Below, one piece after another: positions 57,323-64,000 of a stretch of DNA of 64,000 nucleotides. The notes beneath the pieces were generated by a model that saw only the letters and a list, made by a program, of their open reading frames with translations, ran no database searches and was not told the DNA's origin. Origin of the DNA: an uncultured Bacilli bacterium. GTDB lineage: Bacteria > Bacillota_I > Bacilli_A > RF39 > UBA660. The stretch's first letter is position 1, and each line of letters starts with the position of its first letter. The stretch covers positions 4,098 through 68,097 of the forward strand of contig CANRDL010000004.1 in assembly GCA_947629405.1 (NCBI GenBank), written 5' to 3'. A program made the translations under genes and the position numbers.

Positions 57323-57625
57323 ATGAAAATAATTTATTTAAAAGATGAAAATTTAGAAAATTTAATTAAAGGTAAAAATGCTATTATTGATTTTTATGCT
57401 GATTGGTGTGGACCATGTAAAATGATTGGTAGTGTTTTAGAAGAAATTCAAGATGAAATTCAAATTATTAAAGTTAATGTAGATGATCATCGAGAATTAG
57501 CGATAAAATATGGGGTTATGTCAATACCACATTTAAATTTTATTAAGAATGGTGATATTTACAAAACGGAAATAGGTTACAGAGATAAAGAAGAAATACT
57601 TAATATAATTGAAGAAATGAAATGA
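57323..57625 (+). CDS. trxA: Thioredoxin
   Basis: 100 aa with active site WCGPCK. Confidence 0.9.
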   Translation: MKIIYLKDENLENLIKGKNAIIDFYADWCGPCKMIGSVLEEIQDEIQIIKVNVDDHRELAIKYGVMSIPHLNFIKNGDIYKTEIGYRDKEEILNIIEEMK

Positions 57626-57655
57626 TTTTCATTTTTTTATTTTTAAAAAAAATAA

Positions 57656-57671
57656 TGTTGCAAATGCAACA
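57656..57671. promoter_or_regulatory. Perfect 7-2-7 palindrome TGTTGCA-AA-TGCAACA upstream of pflB (candidate operator)
   Basis: Read directly from the sequence. Overlaps a possible -35 (TTGCAA, 57658-57663), with TATAAT at 57679-57684. The 2-nt centre is too small for an RNA hairpin loop. Confidence 0.45.
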
Positions 57672-57726
57672 CATTAAATATAATTATTTATGTTAATATT
57701 ATTGTGCAATAGTAAGGTAGGTAGTT

Positions 57727-59958
57727 ATGAAAAAAGAATGGCAAAATTTTAAAGATGGAAAATGGACTAAAGAAATAAATGTAAGTGATTTTATTAAAAA
57801 TAATTATGTTTCTTATAATGGCAATGAAGATTTCTTAGCATCAAAAACTAAAAAAACAACAATGGTTTGGAATAAATGCGAGAAATTGTTAAAAGAAGAA
57901 TTAAAAAAACATGTTTTAGATATAGATGTTGATCATATGTCAGGTATTAATGCCTTTAAACCAGGCTATATTGATAAAGAAAATGAAACAATAGTAGGTT
58001 TGCAAACCGATAAGCCTTTAAAAAGGATAGTTAATCCATATGGAGGAATTAGAATGGTTTATCAAGAACTTCAAGCCTATGGATATGAATTAAATAAAGA
58101 TGTCGATAAATATTTTAACGAATTTAGAAAAACTCATAATCAAGGTGTTTTTGATGCTTATACAAAAGAAATAAGAACAGCAAGACATGTTGGGTTACTT
58201 ACTGGACTACCTGATGCTTATGGTAGAGGAAGAATAATTGGTGATTATCGAAGAATTGCCTTATATGGTATTGATTATTTACAAGCTGAAAAGAAAAAAG
58301 ATTTAGATAATATGGTAATACCTTCTATGAACGAAGATATCATTCGTTTAAGAGAAGAAATTTCTATGCAATATAAAGTTTTAGAAGAAATAAAAAAGAT
58401 GGCTTTAAGTTATGGGTATGATATTTCCAATCCAGCTAAAAATGCTAAAGAAGCTGTTCAATGGACATATTTTGGATATTTAGCATCCGTTAAAGAAAAT
58501 AATGGAGCTGCAATGAGTTTAGGAAGAGTCGATGCTTTTTTAGATATTTATATTTCTAGAGATTTAGAAAATGGTAAATTAACTGAAGAAGAGGCACAAG
58601 AACTAATTGATCAATTTGTTATAAAACTACGCCTTGTAAGACATTTAAGAACACCTGAATATGATGAATTATTTTCTGGCGATCCAACTTGGGTTACTTG
58701 TTCAATTGGGGGAATAACTAATGAAGGAAAAAGTATGGTTACTAAAACTTCTTATAGAATTTTACATACTCTTACTAATTTAGATCCAGCCCCTGAACCA
58801 AATATGACTGTATTATGGTCTCAAAAATTACCTGAAAATTTCAAAAAATATTGTGCTAAAATGAGCATTGCTACTGATGCTATTCAATATGAAAATGATG
58901 ATGTAATGCGTCCACATATGGGAGATGATTATGCCATTGCTTGTTGTGTATCATCTATGCGCATTGGTAAAGATATGCAATTTTTTGGGGCTCGTTGTAA
59001 TTTAGTAAAATCACTTTTATATTCTATAAACGGTGGAATTGATGAAATGAAAAGAGAATTAGTAATTCCTGGCTTTGATATAATGACTGATGAAGTATTA
59101 GATTATAACAAGGTAAAAAAATCATATTTTAAAATGCTTGAAAAAGTTGCGAAAATCTATAGTGATGCAATGAATATAATTCACTATATGCATGATAAAT
59201 ACGCTTATGAAGCCGGTCAAATGGCTTTACATGATACTGATGTTAATAGACTAATGGCTTATGGAGTTGCTGGTCTTTCAGTAGCGGCCGATTCTTTATC
59301 AGCAATTAAATATGCTAAAGTTAAACCAATTAGAGATAAAGATGGAATTACTGTTGATTTTGAAATTGAAGGAGATTTTCCTAAATATGGCAATGATGAT
59401 GATAGAGTAGATAATATAGCGAAAGAAATATTAGAAAAAATATATTCAGAATTATCTTCTCATAAGTGTTATAGAAATGCTACACCAACAATGTCAGTTT
59501 TAACTATTACATCAAATGTAGTTTATGGTTCAAAAACAGGTGCTACTCCTGATGGCAGAAAAGCTGGAGTTCCTTTTGCCCCTGGAGCTAATCCTATGCA
59601 TCAAAGAGATACAAACGGAGCAATTGCCTCTTTAAATTCGGTTGCTAAACTTGATTGGGCTAATTGTTGTCGAGATGGTATATCAAATACTTTTTCAATT
59701 ATTCCTTCTGCTTTAGGTCAAAAAGCTGATGAGAGAATTATTAATTTAGTTACTTTGATGGATGGTTATTTTGAAAAAGGAGCGCATCACTTAAATGTCA
59801 ATGTTTTAAATAGGGAAACTTTAATTGATGCAATGAATAATCCTGAAAAATATCCTCTTCTTACTATAAGAGTATCTGGTTATTCAGTCCGCTTTAATCG
59901 TCTTACTAAAAAACAACAAGAAGAAGTTATTGCTAGAACTTTTCATGAGAGTATGTAA
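57727..59958 (+). CDS. pflB: Pyruvate formate-lyase (formate C-acetyltransferase)
   Basis: 743 aa. Active-site CC (IACCVSSM) and glycyl-radical motif [11 protein letters not shown]. Confidence 0.97.
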   Translation: MKKEWQNFKDGKWTKEINVSDFIKNNYVSYNGNEDFLASKTKKTTMVWNKCEKLLKEELKKHVLDIDVDHMSGINAFKPGYIDKENETIVGLQTDKPLKRIVNPYGGIRMVYQELQAYGYELNKDVDKYFNEFRKTHNQGVFDAYTKEIRTARHVGLLTGLPDAYGRGRIIGDYRRIALYGIDYLQAEKKKDLDNMVIPSMNEDIIRLREEISMQYKVLEEIKKMALSYGYDISNPAKNAKEAVQWTYFGYLASVKENNGAAMSLGRVDAFLDIYISRDLENGKLTEEEAQELIDQFVIKLRLVRHLRTPEYDELFSGDPTWVTCSIGGITNEGKSMVTKTSYRILHTLTNLDPAPEPNMTVLWSQKLPENFKKYCAKMSIATDAIQYENDDVMRPHMGDDYAIACCVSSMRIGKDMQFFGARCNLVKSLLYSINGGIDEMKRELVIPGFDIMTDEVLDYNKVKKSYFKMLEKVAKIYSDAMNIIHYMHDKYAYEAGQMALHDTDVNRLMAYGVAGLSVAADSLSAIKYAKVKPIRDKDGITVDFEIEGDFPKYGNDDDRVDNIAKEILEKIYSELSSHKCYRNATPTMSVLTITSNVVYGSKTGATPDGRKAGVPFAPGANPMHQRDTNGAIASLNSVAKLDWANCCRDGISNTFSIIPSALGQKADERIINLVTLMDGYFEKGAHHLNVNVLNRETLIDAMNNPEKYPLLTIRVSGYSVRFNRLTKKQQEEVIARTFHESM

Positions 59959-59959
59959 A

Positions 59960-60679
59960 ATGCAAAAAGGGTCAGTTGCTTCAATCGAAACTTTTGGATT
60001 AGTAGATGGTCCAGGAATTCGTACAGTAATTTTTCTTAATAGTTGTAATTTAAGATGCAAATATTGTCATAATCCCGAAATGTGGAAAATGGGTAGTTTA
60101 AATTATACATCTTCGGAAATTGTAGAGAAAGTACTTAGAAACAAACCATATTTTAAAAATGGTGGAGGTGTTACTTTTTCTGGTGGAGAGCCTCTTTTGC
60201 AATATGATTTTTTACTAGAAACTTGTCAAAAATTAAAAAAAGAAAATATTAATATTGCTTTAGATACTGCCGGAATTGCAAAGTGTAATTATCAAAAACT
60301 TTTTGAATATATTGATTTAGTACTCCTTGATATTAAACACATCAATAAAGAAGATTATATTAATATTACCAGAAAAGATTTCTTTAATCAATTTATGCAA
60401 TTTATAAAAGAACTAAATAAAACTGATATAGAAGTTTGGATTAGACAAGTTATAATTCCCGATGTTAATGATAATTTAGATTATATTAAAAAATTAAGTG
60501 ATTTTATTAAAGATAATATAAAAAATGTTACAAGAATAGACTTTTTACCTTATCATAAACTAGGTGATGAAAAATATAAAAATTTAAAAATTGTTAATCC
60601 TTATAAAGATAAAGTTGAAATGAATAAAGAAAAATGTAATAAGTTATATAATGAATTTTTAAATTTTTATAAATTATAA
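59960..60679 (+). CDS. pflA: Pyruvate formate-lyase activating enzyme (radical SAM)
   Basis: ATG lies 1 nt after the pflB stop. CNLRCKYCHN radical-SAM cluster motif and GGGVTFSGGEP. Confidence 0.95.
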   Translation: MQKGSVASIETFGLVDGPGIRTVIFLNSCNLRCKYCHNPEMWKMGSLNYTSSEIVEKVLRNKPYFKNGGGVTFSGGEPLLQYDFLLETCQKLKKENINIALDTAGIAKCNYQKLFEYIDLVLLDIKHINKEDYINITRKDFFNQFMQFIKELNKTDIEVWIRQVIIPDVNDNLDYIKKLSDFIKDNIKNVTRIDFLPYHKLGDEKYKNLKIVNPYKDKVEMNKEKCNKLYNEFLNFYKL

Positions 60680-60702
60680 ATTGATTTTAAATACAATATA
60701 AT

Positions 60703-60733
60703 ATGAAAAAGAATAATCTTTTTCATTTTTTTT
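60703..60733 (+). terminator. Rho-independent terminator after pflA
   Basis: ATGAAAAAG-aataat-CTTTTTCAT followed by T7. Confidence 0.7.
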
Positions 60734-60790
60734 GTTGATTTTAAATTAATAATAATATAAAATATAGTATTTGAAAGAAAGGATATTTAT

Positions 60791-61345
60791 ATGTTAGACA
60801 AAGAAGAATTAAATGAAGAACAGATAGAAACATTAAGATATTATTTAAGAAACCGTTTAGATGGCTATAAAGGAAATAAAAAAATAAAAATTGATATTGA
60901 CCCCAAAATATTAGAAAAATTAATATTTACATATGAAAAATGTGAAATAACTGGTGAATTATATAAAACCTTTGAATTATATATTACATCAGTCAAAAAA
61001 TTAGATTTATCAGATATATCTTTTGATGATTTTAATGCATATGAATTTGATTTTAGTGGATTATATGGGGTAAAATTAAATCCCCAAAAAGTATTTAACA
61101 AGGATTTAAGATATGCCAAATTAAAAGGAGTAGAAATTACCGGTCCATTTGATGATTGTGAGATTTATCACACAAATTTTACGGGAAGTATTGGTGCCAC
61201 TATGAGTTATAATCAATATGTTAAATATGGAAGAAGCAGTAATTTAACTGATGTTGAAATTAAAGATCATAATCTTGGGGAATATTTTGAAAAAATAAAT
61301 GAAGCATTTAGATTTAAAAAAAGAAAAAAAGAAAAGAAGAAATGA
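60791..61345 (+). CDS. Hypothetical protein with pentapeptide-repeat-like central region and K-rich tail
   Basis: 184 aa. LDLSDISFDDFNAYEFDFSGLYGVKLNPQK...AKLKGVEITGPFDDCEIYHTNFTGS shows a loose 5-residue periodicity. Ends in KKRKKEKKK. Confidence 0.4.
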   Translation: MLDKEELNEEQIETLRYYLRNRLDGYKGNKKIKIDIDPKILEKLIFTYEKCEITGELYKTFELYITSVKKLDLSDISFDDFNAYEFDFSGLYGVKLNPQKVFNKDLRYAKLKGVEITGPFDDCEIYHTNFTGSIGATMSYNQYVKYGRSSNLTDVEIKDHNLGEYFEKINEAFRFKKRKKEKKK

Positions 61346-61412
61346 TACTTAAATAAAATACTTTACTTTTTTTAAAACTAAATTATAATATATAAAAGAA
61401 AGGAAAAATAAT

Positions 61413-61685
61413 ATGAAAGAATATCAAGAAAAAATTAATTTACTTAAAGATTTAACTTTTATTTTAGAACAAGAAAATATATTTTATGGGGAAGAAGGTA
61501 AATTTTCATTTACTAAACTTGAATTTGATGCAAATCGATTTTTAGATAGAGTCATATTAGCACGACAAATTATTGCCAATGAAATATTATATGATGAAGA
61601 ATTTAATAATGAATTAGAAAAAATTGGTAATAGACAAAAAACTAAAAAAAATCAAGCTCGTATTATAGAACCAGATGTTTTTTAA
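61413..61685 (+). CDS. Hypothetical small protein
   Basis: 90 aa. AAAGGAAAA RBS. Predicted helical, no motif recognised. Confidence 0.4.
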   Translation: MKEYQEKINLLKDLTFILEQENIFYGEEGKFSFTKLEFDANRFLDRVILARQIIANEILYDEEFNNELEKIGNRQKTKKNQARIIEPDVF

Positions 61686-61785
61686 ATTTTAAATGTGATG
61701 GCAATTGTTTAAAATAATTTAATTTACTTTTATTGACAATTTGTATATTATATGATACTATAAAAAGCAATTTTAGGGGGTTTAT

Positions 61786-62535
61786 ATGAAAAGGAGATTA
61801 AATTTATTTCGAATTGTTTTATTATGTTTTATATTTATTTCTTCTTCCGTAAATGCTGTTTATTTATATCAAAATCAATTGGATAAATACAAAACTAAAA
61901 CATTAGAAACTGCATATCAAATTGAAAATTCTAAAAATCAAGAAAAAATTGAAAAACAAGTTGATGTAACAGTATATCAAAACGCTGTTGATAGCCTGCG
62001 AAGTGAATTTAATAATACAGAAGTTATTGGTTCTTTAAAAATTAATGGAACTGGCATAGATACAACATTAGTTCAATCAACTGACAATTCATTTTATTTA
62101 GATCACTCAGTAAACAAAGAAGAGAATCGTTTAGGTTCAGTTTTTATGGATTATCGAAATAAAATAGATGATAAAGTTAAAATATTTTATGGACATAATT
62201 CTCGTACATTAAAACCAGTATTTCATGAGCTAGAAAATTTTTTAAATGAATCATTTGTAAATGAACATTCATACATTCAAATATTAGATGAAACTGGATT
62301 ATATAATTATAAAATATTTTCAGTAATGGTTATTCCTAATAATACAACTACTCATATGCAAATAGATTTCAGTAATAATAATGAATATGAAAATCATTTA
62401 AAATGGCTTAAGGATAGTTCAAAATTTGTATTAGATGTAGATGTATCACCTAAAGATGATATAGTTATTTTGCAAACATGTTACTATGAACCTGCTAATT
62501 CTTTTATCTTAGTTGTAGCTAAAAAAATAAAATAG
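61786..62535 (+). CDS. Class B sortase-like protein (conserved Arg not found)
   Basis: 249 aa. Signal/TM, sortase B-type N-terminal helix region, His motif FYGHNSR and Cys motif VILQTCYYE. No Arg anywhere after the Cys (C-terminus YYEPANSFILVVAKKIK). Confidence 0.7.
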   Translation: MKRRLNLFRIVLLCFIFISSSVNAVYLYQNQLDKYKTKTLETAYQIENSKNQEKIEKQVDVTVYQNAVDSLRSEFNNTEVIGSLKINGTGIDTTLVQSTDNSFYLDHSVNKEENRLGSVFMDYRNKIDDKVKIFYGHNSRTLKPVFHELENFLNESFVNEHSYIQILDETGLYNYKIFSVMVIPNNTTTHMQIDFSNNNEYENHLKWLKDSSKFVLDVDVSPKDDIVILQTCYYEPANSFILVVAKKIK

Positions 62536-62558
62536 TGATGCTATTTTATTTTTTTTTG
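62525..62558 (+). terminator. Rho-independent terminator after the sortase gene
   Basis: AAATAAAATAG-tgatg-CTATTTTATTT followed by a T-run. Confidence 0.65.
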
Positions 62559-62574
62559 TAAAATTTTTTAAAAA

Positions 62575-62602
62575 TTAGCACTCATATATTGACAAGTGCT
62601 AA
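62575..62602 (+). promoter_or_regulatory. CIRCE-like HrcA operator overlapping the -35
   Basis: TTAGCACTC-N10-AAGTGCTAA, against the consensus TTAGCACTC-N9-GAGTGCTAA. The spacer contains TTGACA (62589-62594). Confidence 0.75.
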
Positions 62603-62617
62603 GCATAATATTATAAT
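62589..62617 (+). promoter_or_regulatory. Sigma-A promoter of the hrcA-grpE operon (TTGACA-17-TATAAT)
   Basis: TTGACA at 62589-62594, a 17-nt spacer, and TATAAT at 62612-62617. Confidence 0.7.
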
Positions 62618-62621
62618 GTAA

Positions 62622-62648
62622 TTAGCACTAAGGAAATAATGGTGCCAA
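62622..62648 (+). promoter_or_regulatory. Second, degenerate CIRCE-like element in the hrcA leader
   Basis: TTAGCACTA-N9-TGGTGCCAA has the correct 9-nt spacing. The right arm matches 6/9 to consensus. Located just downstream of the -10. Confidence 0.5.
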
Positions 62649-62668
62649 TTTTAAGGAAGTGATGTATT

Positions 62669-63664
62669 TTGGATAAAAGGCAAAAAGATCTTTTAAAAGA
62701 AATAGTCGAAAGCTACATAAAGAATGTAAAACCGGTTGGTTCATCTTCATTATGTGAAAAATTTAATTGCTCTTCAGCAACAATTAGAAATGAAATGGCT
62801 GTTTTAGAAAAGATGGGATTGCTTGAAAAAACGCATTTATCATCTGGAAGAATTCCTTCGGAAAAAGGATATAGGTATTATGTAGAAAATTTAATGGTTC
62901 CTAAAGAATTGACTGGTGATGATGTCTTAAAATTACAAACAATATTTCAAAATAATTCTTTAGAAGTTAGTGATGCTATCAGTAAATGTGTAGAAATAAT
63001 TTCGGAAATTACTAATTATACATCTGTTGTTTTAGGTAAAAGTTCTAAGGATAACTTATTAAGACAGATTAATATTATAGAAGTTGATGACAATCATATA
63101 GTTGCATTAGTCTGTACAAGTAAGGGAATAGTAGAAAATAAGCAATTTAAAATTCCAAATAATATTTCTATTAAAGAAATTGTTAAGACATCTGAAATTA
63201 TTAATAAAATGCTTGTTGGAACACCAATTGATGAAGTAAATATGCGCTTAGAATATGAAATAAAACCAGAGATTGCAAAGATTATTAGTCAATATGAAAC
63301 TATTTATAATATCTTCTATGATACTTTTAATGATTTTACGAAAAATAATATCGTATTTAGTGGAAAGTCTAATATTTTAAAACAACCAGAATACAGTAGT
63401 AATATTGAAGAAGTTAAAAGAATTATAGATAAGCTTGATGATGAAAATTTAGTAACTAAAATTGAAGATAATCAAGAAAAAGGAATAAATATCTATATCG
63501 GAAATGAAACAGAATTTGATTCAAATGTTACAATTATTAAAACTCATTATCATGTAAATGGTGAAGAAGGAACTATTGCTGTTGTAGGACCCAAAAGAAT
63601 GGAGTATGACAAAGTAGTAGGGTTACTTGATTATATTACTAAACAAATTGAAGGAGATAAATAA
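62669..63664 (+). CDS. hrcA: Heat-inducible transcription repressor HrcA
   Basis: 331 aa, TTG start after an AAGGAAGTGA RBS. N-terminus DKRQKDLLKEIVESYIKNVKPVGSSSL is the HrcA wHTH signature. CIRCE upstream and grpE downstream. Confidence 0.93.
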   Translation: MDKRQKDLLKEIVESYIKNVKPVGSSSLCEKFNCSSATIRNEMAVLEKMGLLEKTHLSSGRIPSEKGYRYYVENLMVPKELTGDDVLKLQTIFQNNSLEVSDAISKCVEIISEITNYTSVVLGKSSKDNLLRQINIIEVDDNHIVALVCTSKGIVENKQFKIPNNISIKEIVKTSEIINKMLVGTPIDEVNMRLEYEIKPEIAKIISQYETIYNIFYDTFNDFTKNNIVFSGKSNILKQPEYSSNIEEVKRIIDKLDDENLVTKIEDNQEKGINIYIGNETEFDSNVTIIKTHYHVNGEEGTIAVVGPKRMEYDKVVGLLDYITKQIEGDK

Positions 63665-64000
63665 TGGAAGAAAAAACAAAAACAAAAGAAAAAAATATTC
63701 ATAACGAAAAAGCAACAAAGCCAAAAGAAAATAAAAAAAATAATAAAGAAATTGAAAATTTAAAAAATCAAATTAAAGAAAAAGATGATAAGATACTAAG
63801 GTTAAATGCTGAAATTCAAAATATTAAAAAACACGCCGAAGAAGAAAAAAGTTTAATCATAAAATATGATGGACAAAATTTAATTAAAACTATTCTTGAG
63901 ACAATAGATAATTTTGAACGAGCTATTGTTAAAGATGATGATAATTTAGATGATGAACTTTCAAAATTCTTAAGTGGTTTTAAAATGATTTATACTAATT
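63664..64000 (+). CDS. grpE: Nucleotide exchange factor GrpE (5' partial, runs off the window)
   Basis: ATG overlaps the hrcA stop (TAATG). K/E-rich N-terminus, coiled coil, and the TIDNFERAI motif. Truncated at the window end. Confidence 0.85.
   Translation, partial: MEEKTKTKEKNIHNEKATKPKENKKNNKEIENLKNQIKEKDDKILRLNAEIQNIKKHAEEEKSLIIKYDGQNLIKTILETIDNFERAIVKDDDNLDDELSKFLSGFKMIYTN

Noticed and set aside
12062-61119. Remaining short nested ORFs from the track (12062-12259, 15027-15227, 16185-16403, 17219-17401, 18671-18895, 24189-24398, 29141-29371, 31636-31857, 34645-34830, 41896-42117, 44465-44668, 45115-45303, 53907-54125, 55982-56170, 60865-61119)
   Set aside because: Each lies wholly within a longer, motif-supported ORF, either on the opposite strand or in another frame. 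None has a convincing RBS or family signature.
1-64000. Alternative genetic code (TGA = Trp, as in Mollicutes), CRISPR arrays, tRNA/rRNA genes, IS elements or prophage
   Set aside because: Long conserved ORFs are uninterrupted under the standard code, use TGG for Trp, and several end in TGA. Intergenic gaps are all under about 190 nt. I saw no spaced direct repeats, no cloverleaf-like GC-rich segments, and no transposase, integrase, capsid or terminase-like translations.

Overview
Very AT-rich, standard-code (TGA = stop) chromosomal segment from a spore-forming Firmicute. Gene order follows Bacillus subtilis in blocks: spoVID-ysxE, ylbJ/ylbL, spoIIP-yqxA-lepA, nusB-xseA-xseB, dnaG-sigA-trmK, spoIIGA-sigE, yrzL-yrrK-yrzB-mltG-yrrM-yrrN-yrrO-greA, obg, rpsB-tsf, rnhC/cvpA/trxA, pflB-pflA and hrcA-grpE. 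This fits a Bacilli/Erysipelotrichales-like lineage. About 70 credible CDS are almost all on the + strand. I see no rRNA, tRNA, CRISPR array, transposase or integrase. Four accessory islands interrupt the housekeeping backbone. (1) 15.36-21.2 kb holds a translationally coupled five-gene operon: an SPFH/YdjI-like protein with a SHOCT tail, a YdjG-like double zinc-ribbon membrane protein, two mirror-image zinc-ribbon polytopic membrane proteins and a WG-repeat protein. It is driven by a consensus promoter whose 17-nt spacer contains a G9 tract, a candidate phase switch. This is my best candidate for an undescribed system. (2) 37.8-41.8 kb holds a Tad-like module (TadZ/TadA/TadB/TadC homologues). 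Its ATPase has lost Walker A, Walker B and His-box residues, and its last gene encodes a TasA/camelysin-like beta-rich protein instead of a Flp pilin. It lies directly upstream of spoIIGA-sigE. (3) 4.6-7.8 kb holds an orphan operon of three prepilin-type proteins, two of them unusually large. (4) 24.1-26.1 kb holds an orphan, degenerate RnfC/RnfD-like pair. Several other enzymes also look catalytically degenerate: a cysteine-free GatD, a sortase B lacking the conserved Arg, and a U32 paralogue without its Cys signature. All calls rest on motif reading and synteny only; no searches were run.
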